NCBI GenBank assembly: GCA_013265495.1
Contig: MU058478.1
Span: 187,816-251,815, forward strand
Source of the DNA: Vicugna vicugna
Taxonomy: Eukaryota
Length of the DNA: 64,000 bases
Direction: 5' to 3'
Under the pieces are notes generated by a model. It did no database searches. It was not told the origin of the DNA and was given only the letters and a program-made list of their open reading frames with translations. The position numbers and the translations under genes are program-made. Every line of letters starts with the position of its first letter. Positions within the stretch are counted from its first letter, which is position 1. This document shows, in pieces, positions 52,225 to 64,000 of this stretch.

Positions 52225-53284
52225 GTTTGAGGGTGACTCAGTCTGTGTTTCAGATATGCAACTCTGGGGTCAGTGCCAAAGATGGGTTTCCAGGAGGAAT
52301 CTGGAAGCCTGAAGGCAGTTAGAATGTCATTGCCCTGTTCCAGAGGAGCAATTATGTCTCAACCAGAAATCTAAATCTTGTAAATAAATTAGAAAATAAA
52401 AGATAGGGCTAGATATAGCAGGATTAAGTGACACATATCTGAGAATTTTATTCTATATAAAAGCTCCCTGGAAGAACGTAGAATATTTCTGACTTGCCTG
52501 AGAGAAGGTATTCCTGCATCTTTAGTGAGATAATAAATACAGGATAAGTTAAGAGTCTTTTGCAATAGTCCAGGCAACCCATGAAATTACTGGAACCTAA
52601 AGCAGCAGGTAAGACTCAAACAGAGGGATGGATTCAAGGTCACAAGTGAAAGGCATGAGATGGGGGCAGGTCCAGACACGAACTAAGGATTTGCAACCCG
52701 GGCTTCTGGGTGAACCGTGATGTCAGTACCTGAAGACGTAAGTGCGGAGTAGGATTGGGGTGGTTTCTGTAAAGATGGAAATGCGCTTCTCCGAGGCGCG
52801 TCCTGAACGTCTCAATCCACCACCGTGCTCCCAGGAAGGGCACACTTCCCCAGGCTGCTCCTGGCTAAGGGCTGAGCGTGGCTGGGAGTGTGGCTGTGGC
52901 TCCCACCCTGAGGGAGGCGGGACCCGGCTACTGGGAGATGCTGGACTGGGAACCCTCCACCAGCCCAGCTGACCATTCTTAGAACCACTGCAGTCTGACC
53001 CTCTTCCTCCAGCCCCTGCCCTCTTCCTTCACCTGGTCTCACTGGTGTCAGATCTGCAGCAAGACCTGAGGGCTCTCCCTCCCATGGCTTCATTTCCCTT
53101 CACCCCGCACAACTGTTTCTTCCAGTATATTCCTTGTCTGAATTTGTGTTAGTCTCGGTTCTGTGAGGACCCAGACTAACAGAGCGGGCCCAGGAAAGGG
53201 GGTTAATCATTTTGTTTGTGGGATGTTGGATTTGCGGTCACAATCCGTCTATAAACAAGGCTATTGAAAATATGTCTCTGGGTC

Positions 53285-53490
53285 CTGACTGCTGTATATA
53301 AAATAGATAAACAAGCTTATCCTGTAGAGCACAGGGAAATATATTCAATATCTTGCAGTAGCTCACGGTGCAAAAGAATATGCAAATGAATGTATGAATA
53401 TTCATGTATGACTGAAGCACTGTGCTGTGCAGAGAAATTGACACGACATTGAAAACTGACTATACTTCAATTTAAAAAAAAGTAAAAAAA
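53285..53490 (+). mobile_element. Young L1 3' end
   Basis: atataaaatagataaacaagcttatcctgtagagcacagggaaatatattcaatatcttg...gactatacttcaattt plus A tail. Confidence 0.85.
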
Positions 53491-53954
53491 TATATTACGT
53501 ATCTGGGGGTCATAGTAACTTTGGGTACATGTCCTATGTATTGAGATACAATGATACCTTCTCTATTTGGAATTGTATGAATTAAATCCAAATATGCTTT
53601 TTTTTAAACATAAACTTCAAAATGTTGCATACATAGAAGCGCATTAATGTTAAATTAAATTAAATAAAATATTAATATTAATATATATGTATATTAATAT
53701 TTTAAAGTAAGCAAAATATATTTTTCCTCCATCAAATTACATTATGCAGTACATTAATAATTTTTTCTCCATCGACCTAGTTACCATCACTGAGACTTAA
53801 CAGAGGCAAAGGGCAGATTTTTTTTTGAATGAGGTTATTAATTCACATTAAAGAAATATGAGATTGCCTGTTTCCTTTTCAAGGTTTTAGATGAAGAACT
53901 GATTCTCAGTTATAAGAATATTTTCAGCATAATTATCGTTCAAGAAATGGCTAA

Positions 53955-54085
53955 AGGGGAAGGGCATATCTCTAGAGGTAGAGTGCATGCTTAGCATGCA
54001 CGAGGTCCTAGGTTCAATCCCCAGTCCCTCCTCTAAAAAATTAATAAACTGAATTACCTTCCTCCCCCACCTAAAATGTATATAA
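53955..54085 (+). mobile_element. Camelid-type SINE
   Basis: ggtagagtgcatgcttagcatgcacgaggtcctaggttcaatccccagt; degenerate TSD aaatggcta / aaatgacta. Confidence 0.85.
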
Positions 54086-55099
54086 ATAATATTTCTTTAA
54101 ATGACTAGAAAAAATGGTCTTGTTACTTCTGAGAATTCCTCTAGTTGCTCTAGTGCCTCCTACACATTAAGAAAATTATGAATACATTTATTTAACGTTT
54201 TAATACATAAGCTAAGTGATGATGAAAATGCTTCTTACGTTGAGTGATAACTTGTATGTGTCAGGTCATGCAGGGAGTACCAAATCCACATCATCTGTTT
54301 GCTTCTTTTCCCAACTAGGGGTCAGGGACGATGTCCACTGCCCTTTAGCATCTCAGCACGTGCACGTTCTAGCTCCATGATGCTCCACTGGGAGCATGAC
54401 TATTTCTAGCCAAAGAAATATGCGCAGAAGGGCATGTGTCCATTGCAACTCTGAGCTCCTAACTGCCCATGGAGGAGCCTTCAGTGTCTCTTTCTCCCTC
54501 CCTAACGAGCAACTTTCCAAACATTGGTTGGCTTGGCAGCCTGGGTTCCAGTGTGAGGAAATGCTGCACAGAATCACAGCAGATCCAAATCAACACATTG
54601 AGAGTGAGATATAACCCTTTGTGTACATAAATCATTGCGACTGAACAGCAGACACACACGGATGTATCCGGCACTGTCTTAATGACTCCCCATGGTCCAG
54701 GGCAACAAGGAAACTGCCTTTGATTCAGCTGGAAGGCAGTGTGTGATGCACTTGGTAAACTCGTCTTCTGTCATCATGCTGGATATATAAAATATTCTAA
54801 TAATTTTAGACTTCTAACTAGTAAAACATAAAACTGAGATGGCATTTAAGCCACAACCCAATTAAAGGCATTAAGAGACCCTTCACTAAGCAGGAGTAGA
54901 CAGTTTTTATTAATTGATGACAAAAAGCTAATTATAAAATATTTAAAAAATGGTAAGTAGGTTTAAAACTTTGAATAAGAAGGCAACAGCATTTAGAGAA
55001 TGAAAAGCAAGACTCGGTGTAACAAGTTTATTCAGTACACAGATCTGACAAAGGATTTCACAAAAAAACATACTCAAATAACTAATACACATATGATAA

Positions 55100-55620
55100 A
55101 GTTACCGAGTCCAAACTCATTCTGCTCACCGCACGACAGGCCAGTAAATTGGGAGATGAGATGCTGGAGCAAGGAATAGCAACTTTATTCGAAAAGCTGG
55201 CAGACCAAGAGGATGGCAGACCAATGTCCTGGAGAATCATCTTTCCCAAGTCAGAATTCAGGTTGCTTTTTTACTAAACAGGGCAGGCGGTGTGGTTGGT
55301 TGTTGCAAACTTCTTGGTGTTGGAATCCTTTGTTTTTGCAGCTGTGCATGTGGGTCAAGTCACGGTGCCCCTGCAAACCTCCAAGAAAACAAATGTTATT
55401 TTCTATTCTGCAACATGTTACCTTTATGTGAGTGCAAAAGTGTTAACATCCTTAAAGGTCAGAGCCCTGAGAATGGGCTCTCCTGTTTATTTCAGGCTAA
55501 AGGCAACATTCTTTGACAAAAGGCGCACAGCCAGCAAGACTGAGCCCAGAAAACAGGGCACAGGGTTCAAGCCAAAGAAACAGATCTGATATGGAATCAG
55601 ATTTGTTCTTTCCTGTTACA
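55100..55620 (-). mobile_element. ERV1-type solo LTR, family A copy 5, inserted in an old plus-strand L1 (~55050-56280)
   Basis: gttaccgagtccaaactc...tcctgttaca. The flanks rejoin as the L1 motif acacatatga|aaaaggtg. Confidence 0.85.
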
Positions 55621-56949
55621 AAAAGGTGTTACATTTCCTGTTTTATTAGAAAAATGTGTCACATGCACACACAATAAGACAGTACACATACCAGAATGGT
55701 TTAAAAAAATGCGGTCATTGCCATGTGTTAGCAAGGATTTGTGTTAAGAGGAAATCTCATATTCTGCTGAGAGCAACTGGATACACCCGCTTTTGAAAGC
55801 TGGCATTACCATCTACAATTGAATCACACTCAGTTATAAAATCTACAAAAATAGTGGCTTATGTTCATCAAAAGACATGAAAAAATCTACACATGACTAC
55901 TATAGCTTTAAAAACTGGAAACTACACATATCCTCAAAAGAATGGGCAAATGCATTTATTATAATCATAAAATAAGTCTACGAGGGAATAGAATGAACCT
56001 AAGTATCCAGCCCAAAATGACGCTGGTCAAAAGGAGACAAAGTACGAAAAGGACCACCAACTGCTTTATTTTGTCTGTAACAATTTTGCAAACAAGCAAA
56101 ACTCACCTACAGTGTAAGAATCTAAGAGAATAATGACCTTGAGAAAGGGTAGGGACCCAAAAGGGAAAGAGGGGTTTCTGGGATGCTGGGAGAGTTAAGT
56201 TTTTTTTGGTATGAGTGAGGGATCTCTTAGTGTGTTCATTACTACCAATGGGTTTGTTCACTTTTCTGTCTTACTGAAAAAAAAAATTAAACAAAACTCC
56301 AGTTCCATGTCTAACTCAAGTCAAACATGAATATTATACCAATTATTATCAGCTCTGAATGGATTAACACTTAGTGTGACACACTTTGAACCTAAATTTA
56401 GATTTTGAGTTTCTTCTTTTGCATCGTTAACTATTTTTGTAAGAATTGATATTTTGTGTCTTTTAGTCTTTCGTAGTGATTCTCTAAAGATAAAAAAGAA
56501 ACAAATTACTTTATATTTAACATAAAGCATAACATTTCAAGTTTTAAAAAATACCATGAAAATATTTTGTAAGTGTAATTGATATTTATAATTAGTTGAC
56601 TTTAAGTAGAGGAAATTATCCTCAATGTTGGTCCATTGGACAGCTTTATAAATATAAAGTAAATTATACACCCTTAGTGATCTTATTTTAATTTTGTTTC
56701 ATTAGAAATTATTTTATGACTCATAAATTATTCTCAGGCATGCTAAATAGAGTAAAACAAAAATAAAATGGAATCACCTAGAATGATGTAATGGTAAAAT
56801 AAATTACCAATATTACATCATCCTTCAGTTTTTTAATTTGATTATCCAAAGTATTTCATCATCTTCTAAGAAGTTATAAAATAACTTTGGAAACATGATT
56901 GTTGTGGTCTTTTTAAAATAGGCTTTATTGAACACATTTGAGAATTCAG

Positions 56950-57560
56950 ATTTTTTTTTGATGTATATATATTTTTACTGAAGTATAGGTAGTTTACAAT
57001 GGTGTGCCAATTTCTGGTGTACAGCACAGTGCTCCAGTCACACATGAATATATGTATATTTGTTTTCACATTCTTTTTCACCATAAGTTACTATAAGATA
57101 TTGAATACAGTTCCCTGTGCTGTACACTATAACTTGTTGTTAATCTATTTCATATATAGTAGTGTATATCTGCAAATCCCAAACTTCCAATATACCCCTT
57201 CCCACCCCTTTCCCCTCTGGTAAACAAGTTTATTTTTTATGTCTGTGAGTCTATTTCTATGTTGTAAATAAATTCATTTGTCTTTTTTATTTTTTAAGAT
57301 TCCACATATGAATGATCTCATAGAGTGTTTTTCTTTCTCTTTCTGGCTTACTTCTCTTAGAATGACATTCTCCAGGTCCATCCATGTTGCTCCAAATGGC
57401 ATTGTTTTATTCTTTTTTATGGCTGAGTAGTATTCCATTGTATAAATATAATCTGTCCATGGACATTTAGGTTGCCTCCATGTCTTGGCTGTTGTATATA
57501 GTGCTGCTAGGAACACTGGGGTGCACGTATCTTTTTAAACTAAGGTCCCCTTTGGATAAA
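56950..57560 (-). mobile_element. Young L1 3' end with ORF2 C-terminal remnant
   Basis: Minus ORF 57274-57516 contains AKTWRQPKCP and YTMEYYSAIKKN; poly-T tail on the left. Confidence 0.9.
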
Positions 57561-57797
57561 TCACACAAAATCTATGGGATGTAGTTTTTTTTTTTAATTG
57601 CCCCCCAAAAGATACATTTCTAGAAATGAAAGAGATATATGGCCTCCTCATTAAGTTAGTTATCCACGAGGAAAGATTGCATCACATAACATTTTGTAAA
57701 ACACATCATGCCGGAGTGCATTCTTTGCTTTTTATGGTGCTCATGCATCAAAATTTACTTAATAAGATTCATAAGTGGGCGAAGGCTGAAGACATGA

Positions 57798-58118
57798 GTG
57801 ATGATTCATTTTGTGTGTCAGTTTGGCCAGGCTGTTATTCAATCAAACACTAATCTGGTTTTGCTGTCAAGGTATTTTGTAGAAGTTAAAGATATTATCT
57901 TCAGTAATCTGGGTGGGTCTCTTCCAATTAGTTGACTGGCTTGAAGAGCAAAACTGAAGTTTCTGGAGGAAAAAGAAATTAACCAATGTCAGCTCCTGCT
58001 GAAACAGGTTTCCATCCTGCCCTTCCAAAGAAGACCAGCCGTACATGTTTTGGATTTGCCAAGCCAGCCCCGACAATCGCATAAGCCAATTCCTTGCAAT
58101 CAATCTCTTTCTCTCTCT
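57798..58118 (+). mobile_element. MLT2-type ERVL LTR
   Basis: gtgatgattcattttgtgtgtcagtttggccagg...ccagccccgacaatcgcataagccaattccttgcaatcaatctc. Confidence 0.8.
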
Positions 58119-58129
58119 GGTGAGATCTG

Positions 58130-59225
58130 AGTTGAAGTGACCCCAAATTTGACTTTCCCCTTCAACGCCCTCTGCAACCAACCTGGATCACTCCTCTGAG
58201 CTCCACACTCAGATTTTTTTATTTCTTTCTAAATGTCTGCACTGGGATATTGTATTTGTCTAGGGAAGTCAACTCTTCACATCGTCACACTGGCATTTTT
58301 GAAGCTCTGAGCCAGAATGCGTTCTGCCAGTCTCCTCCATCACTTGATAGCAACTCTTTCTCTTGAGTTGTCTCAGCCAGGAAGATAATAATCATCAAGG
58401 ACTCCTCCCTTTTCCCAATCCCTCATATTTAATCTATTAGCAGGGTCTCAGAGTTTCTTTCCAAAATATATCTTAAGTGTGTGCGCTGTTATCTGTCCAC
58501 ACCACCACTGACTTTGGGCGGGACCCTCCTCGTTCACCACGCTATCCCAGGAGGCTCCTGACCATCTCTGTGCTGACACTTCCAAACCCTCCATCCCGTT
58601 CTCCACACAGCAGCCAAGAAGTGGTTTGTAAAAAATTATAGTGGTGATATTTGTCCTATTTTGACACTCACACCAAGTCGTTCAGCGCCTTCACTTTGCC
58701 CTTCAAAGAGAATCAACTCTCCATACGTCGTAACCCTGTTCATTTTTACAGCCTTACTCAAGACCTATTCTCCCTGCCTGACTATACTCCAAACTCATTG
58801 GCCTGTTTTATTTTCCATGTATGAAACAGTCCCAGACATTCCTGACTCACAGTTTTGTACTTCAGTCAGCTTATCGCAAGGCTGGTGCCCTCTCATCTCC
58901 CCACTGCAGGATCTACATCCTTAGGGGGAAAGTTTCTGGCCACTTGATCTAAATTAACCTCCTTAAATTGTCCCTCCATTATCTGTATTCTAGTATCCTA
59001 TTTATTTCATTGTCTGCATGGATTCGTAGCTTATAATTTTGTTTTTCTTTTCTTTCTTTCGCTTATCATGTTGTCTTGTTCATTGTCCCCTCCAACGTCA
59101 TGTAAGCTACAAGGACATTAACTGAGCATGTCTGTCTTTCTCCCATTTGAGCATCTCCAAAGCCTGCCCAGTGTGGTGCCAGGCAGCCAGTGATTGCTCA
59201 AAGAAAACTTATTGAATAAATACAT
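58130..59225 (+). mobile_element. L2 fragment
   Basis: ctcctctgagctccacactc...ccgttctccacacagcagccaag...gtgccaggcagccagtgattgctcaaag...gaataaat, typical of the L2 3' region. Confidence 0.7.
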
Positions 59226-60139
59226 AAATATTTACATTGCAACTCTGTTTCTATAAGAAGGTAAATATATTTACAATAGTGAACTAAAGCAGTGTGTTAA
59301 ATGGTTACATTTTATTTAAGAAAAATACATTGTGCCATTCAAACTTGAAGGTGACAAAGTCAATTTCCATTTCCCAGTACAAAAAAAAAAACAAACAAAA
59401 AAACAACAAAACAAAGCAAAAAAACTCTTCTAGCATTAAATTTTGAAGACATATTAGTTAAGCCTTCCTTTTTAAAATCGCTTATCCAATATGAAAAAAA
59501 AAAGGTCCCATATCATGAATTCGAAGTAAATTTCTCTACTTTTGTCAAGATGGACATTTCTTATCTAACTAGGATTCTACACTGGATTGGGTATGTTTTG
59601 TATTCTTTGACTGGAAACAAAGACAAAATAACTAAATAAATAATGAAGTGATAAGAAACACTCAAGTATTAAAAAAAATAAGGTGAGAATGGGTTTCTGG
59701 CATGAAAAATAAGGCATTGCGTAAAGTGTAAGTGAGAATAGAGGGCATTTACCAGCCTGACCCCTCTCTCCAGGAGACAGTCCATGAAAAAGAAAAGCTG
59801 GCGTGTTTGCTGTCATTCTGTTTCTTCATTTGCCTCCTGGCTCCAGTTGCAAGCTCAGACACATCCCGTACAGCCTATGATTTTGCACAAAGTCACATTT
59901 ACTCCTAAAATGCAAACATGAGAAAAGTGCAATAAACATCTCCTAAATTATGTGTAAAGACATGTTAAATAAATAGCTTGTAAGCATCTCAGGTTTTTTT
60001 AGAAATGTCATACATTTTCTTCCATTGCACAAGCTCTGTAAACTTATATCCACCGGCTGTGATTAATCCACATGATTTATACGATTAGGATCTTGGGAAG
60101 TTGAAATAGATTGTTTACCAGAAGAAAAGTTAGCCAGAA

Positions 60140-60260
60140 TTGACCAAGATGGTGGTGTAGGAGGTGTTGGCTCCGCTGCTCCCAAAGACACACCAGAAGT
60201 ACGTCTTCACCTGCAGCATTTCCCTCTGAAAAAGACCCCAAAACTACTGCTGCTGACAAT
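60140..60260 (+). mobile_element. L1 5'UTR start fragment
   Basis: ccaagatggtggtgtaggagg resembles the L1 5' end with its YY1 site (aagatggcgg). Confidence 0.55.
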
Positions 60261-60261
60261 G

Positions 60262-60662
60262 AGAATTCAGAAACGAGACACGGAGTTAAGAAAGTCCAGT
60301 GGGGATTTATTAAGGGATGGATGGTACGCTATCAAGAGGAGGGCGGGCAGACTCAGGTGAGCAGCTGCCCTGAGTTTCTTTGACAAGTTGGTTACACAGG
60401 GTGTAAAAATGGATGGGCAGAATATTCTCTGGGGAAGGAAGGGTTTGGGGTCATATTCCTTGATTTCCATCCCAACCTCACCTTCCCAAAGGGAGGAAAG
60501 ATTTTTGTCCTTGTGCAGTTTGGATCAGAAGTGTCCCAGTGTCGGTGCATGATGAGGACTTCTGATCTGCAAGGCTAATTTTATTGAAATGAGGGCAGAA
60601 TGAGCAAAAGGTTCATTCGGACACTGGAGATCCCTGCCTTTCCCACCTTTCTTTCTCGGCCT
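60262..60662 (-). mobile_element. ERV1-type LTR, family B copy 3, truncated at both ends
   Basis: High similarity to the internal part of 51627-52224 (gcagactcaggtgagcagctgccctgagtttc, ggatcagaagtgtcc, ctgcaaggctaattttattg). Confidence 0.85.
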
Positions 60663-60994
60663 TGTAATTGGCTGCTGAATGCTGCATATAACATAACATA
60701 TAATCAGGAACTGAGATGACAAGGCTTTTAGGGTAAGATGCTTATGATTTTTATATGATTTTTATTTGTTTGTTTACTTTTGCCGGTCTGACTAGACATT
60801 GGGCTGTGTTTCACGGTTTCTGTAAATTCTAAATCATACTGCAAAATGGTGGACACACAGGGATGGAAGGTATCAGGGTGGCCATTTTTGCAAACTATCA
60901 TCACCAGTATGTATTGGAGAATTATTTGTACATTTGATACTCCCGGTCTGTTGTTCTAGATTTCCAAAATAGGCATTGGGAAATCCAGGAAGAA

Positions 60995-61310
60995 CTATTT
61001 TTAATGGACTATTTTTTGGAGTAGTTTTAGGTTCACAAAAGGATTGAGTGGCAATTGCAAAGAGTTCCTGTATGTCCCCTGACCCCGCACACCCACAGCT
61101 TCCCCCACTATCCACGCCCTGCACCAGGGGGACATGTGTCACAATCTGTGGACCTACATGAACACGTCATTGTCACCCAAAGCTCACTGTTTATACTGCT
61201 GTGCCTTCTATAGGATTTGACACACGTGTAATGACACGGATCCACCATTGTCATATTATACAGAATAGCGTCATTGTCCTAAAAGTCCTGTCTCTTACCT
61301 GTTCACCCAT
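60995..61310 (-). mobile_element. L1MC-like 3' end fragment
   Basis: Homologous to 6775-7070. Confidence 0.7.
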
Positions 61311-61747
61311 AATTAAAACAAAACAAAACAAAAAAATTAGGAAAGTGGGAATAGCCTTACCTAGCACAAATCTGACCACAAAGGACATACGGAATTGATT
61401 TATATTTTACATCATCCTTTGTGTTTCTCAAAACAAAGGGATTGAGGAAACTGATAATGAAATGTACTCACTTAAACATGCTACAACACACACACACACA
61501 CACAAGGCTGTTAAAAAATACAATTTTAAAATGCATTAAAAATGCTAAACTGTGACCTTTTCAGAAATATAATTTTAGATGGTTAATACCAGGAGTGAAG
61601 CTCCTAGTGTTTATTAATCACGCAGAGTCTCTCTCAGGAATACCTCTTGTATGAAGCTCAGTCATCCATCAAACACCATCGTAGCTCTGGTGTTGCATTT
61701 TCTTATTTGAAGACGTGGAGATTGGCTCGGGACATGTTCCCAACACC

Positions 61748-61762
61748 ACACCCCCTAGTGGC
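61748..61762 (-). promoter_or_regulatory. Candidate CTCF site
   Basis: Minus strand reads gccactagggggtgt, close to the CTCF core CCACYAGRKGGC. Motif evidence only. Confidence 0.35.
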
Positions 61763-62777
61763 ATGGATTCCCCCCCATTGCTCCCTTCTTCTATGGACCA
61801 GAAGAGATGTCCCTTTGGCCAGTCCATCCAGAACCTCAAGGGACAAATGACCCAACCAGTTTGCCTGCACGTGCATCGCTTCATCAGGAGAAAAACACTT
61901 TCTCATTCAGCATTTTAACAATAAGTAATCACGATGCTGCATTTACATTCCCCATGGGACAGTGCAGAACACACGCCCTGTGAATTATTTATGTTTCCAT
62001 ATGGAGGGTTACTCTAATACTTTGCAAATCCTAAATGGTAGTGCTTAATTCAAAAATGTAGACCATGGCTTAGGTTCCATTGTCTGTCTGAGCAGAGCGC
62101 CACTAAGGAACCAGAGGAGGCTTATGACATCTCAGCACCCAACGCAAAAATAAATCTCTCAGTCAAAATTTATCTGACAGCCTTAATGAAAGGAACACAC
62201 ACACATTTTGATAGTGTTTCCTGCTGGATTCTCTTCTCTGAGATTGCATTGATTTGGATGAAACATTCATTTTACCCCTCGTTTCTTTGTATTTGAATGT
62301 ATTTCTTTAGCCTGTCAGGTACCACTCTGTAATGACGGAGACCAGCATCACTCCTTTAATTTGCAATTTCCCTGAGGTCTTTATGAAAGGACAGCGAGGT
62401 AACTGTTTAGATTTCAAAATGCCTTCCTGAAGTAATCTTTCTGTCCTTAGTTGCAAAAGTTTACTGATATCTTTGGAGAGCCAAAATTATGCGTTGAGAA
62501 TCACATACGTCACAAAGTAAGAAATATCATAAGCCAGAATTTATATATGCTTTTTTTTCAAGCAAAAGGCATTCTGTTTATATGTTTTTAATAAATATAA
62601 ATGACCTGATCTGTTCCCTGTACCTGCCTGTACTTTCTGAAAGGTAGTTACATAGCAAAGATCCTGCCCACCTTCCATTCCAATGTGCATCCTCGTTAAC
62701 CCCCAGTGTGATATATTTCAATGTATTTCAACACCAGCAACCTACAACATACTCAGTTCATTCTCTTGAGTGTGATG

Positions 62778-63344
62778 TGTTACCCCAAGGAGGGGAAGAT
62801 CTTCAGTCCTTGTCTTGCCCGAAAGAAAAGAATTCAGATGGGAGGCTAAAGGGTTGTGTGAACAGGGTCTTTTCAGTAAGGCAGAAGTTAGCAAAGCAAA
62901 GTGCACCTTCAAGAACTGAAGGCAGGCTGACCCAAGACAGGAAAACAGCCTTGCCCCTCCATTGGTCCTCCTGCCTCGTAGCCTGGCTTAGGGGCGATCT
63001 CGTGGGTGATTGACAGCTCATGTCCCTTGAGTGTTTCAGTGTGCCCATCTCCTTTGGGCATGTTCTTGCCCGTGATGCACACAGAAAAGCCCATGGATGG
63101 GGGCCAAACTGCAATGCTAATTACATTACAATGAGCACTGGGTTATGTCAGGTCATGTCAACCTCTCTACCACGCAGTCATGGCGTCTGCTTCTAACCGG
63201 CTCGTTTTTAGGGACCCATTTAGACAAAGTAAAACTCTTTGGAGCTCCTTATCCTGGGTGCAGGTGTACCATTATCTTCCGGATGGCTCCCTCCACTGTC
63301 CTCTCCCCCCTGCCCAGTGCCCACTTGTATCTGACTGCCCAATG
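62778..63344 (-). mobile_element. ERV1-type solo LTR, family C copy 2
   Basis: Starts tgttaccccaagg, contains the aagaattcaga motif, homologous to 22900-23247; near-TSD gatg / catg. Confidence 0.7.
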
Positions 63345-63349
63345 CATGC

Positions 63350-63508
63350 ATTGGAAGAGTCCCAGCCAGATCAAGGAAGGCAATCCGTTTTCCTCAGTTT
63401 TACTGATTCCAGTATTAATCTTCCCCACGGACACCGAGAATGATGTCTGGCAAAATGTCTGGGCATCTCACAGTCCAGTCAACTTGATGCTTAAAATTAA
63501 CCATCACA
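63350..63508 (-). mobile_element. MLT2 LTR fragment
   Basis: ccagtcaacttgatgcttaaaattaaccatcaca is the reverse complement of the MLT2 5' terminus. Confidence 0.8.
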
Positions 63509-64000
63509 GTGTCGTGCCATGTGGGCATTTCTTATTGCTAGACTGTTTTTTTTTTCCCAAATATATTATCCTTTTAATAAAAAAAAATGGAGTGAGGGGG
63601 AGATGGATATGACTGATGTGGAAAGTTTATTTAGATATAACTTGAACTTCTTTTTTTTTTTTCAGGTCTCTGATAATCTAGGTGGTGTTGACTTGCAAAA
63701 CAATCCTCTTGCCCTGGGCTCTTGTCTTTATTCCAACAGGGGAACGGTGTTCAGACTTGGTCATGTGACACTTCAGAGAGTCTCAGTTGCAATGGCTTTC
63801 CACCATCACATGCCTCCAAGGGGTCTTCTGAGAAGATCACAGAACCTGGGTGAACCCCACAGACACGTCGACTTCCCCCGGGTGCAGATGTGCACTAGAT
63901 GACCTGTTGTCTTCAGGACCTTCTTTCAAGAAAGGGAGCATCTGAGGGAAGGAAGGAAAGTCTCAGACGAATCCATCCCGTGTGGGAACAGCCCCTACTT

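Noticed and set aside
62708..63612. Cluster of 100-155 aa ORFs
   Set aside because: They lie within the family C LTR and an MLT2 fragment; no gag, pol or env motifs seen.
1..64000. CRISPR arrays, operons, rRNA or other prokaryotic systems
   Set aside because: The sequence is mammalian repeat-rich DNA; I saw no repeat-spacer array, rRNA or long coding ORFs.

Overview
AT-rich mammalian genomic DNA, most likely camelid (alpaca/camel), judged from the tRNA-derived SINE family and the young L1 3' ends. I find no intact protein-coding gene. The window is mostly interspersed repeats: old and young L1 fragments, SINEs, MIR/L2, ERVL/MaLR LTRs and about a dozen ERV1-type solo LTRs, ten of them on the minus strand. 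The main find is a ~1 kb degraded minus-strand segment (~50419-51470). Across frameshifts and stops, its translation gives several colinear motifs resembling bornavirus nucleoprotein, so it is a candidate endogenous bornavirus-like N element (EBLN), with a co-oriented solo LTR about 160 bp upstream. This call rests on my recall of the BDV N sequence and needs a tBLASTn/HMM check. Other points: a twin-primed (5'-inverted) L1 inside a SINE, a 610-bp tandem duplication of a solo LTR plus its flank, a MER41-like LTR with a GAS motif, several motif-dense candidate regulatory elements, and two unexplained GC-richer segments. Repeat family names are from pattern recognition, not a database search, and boundaries of old repeats are approximate.
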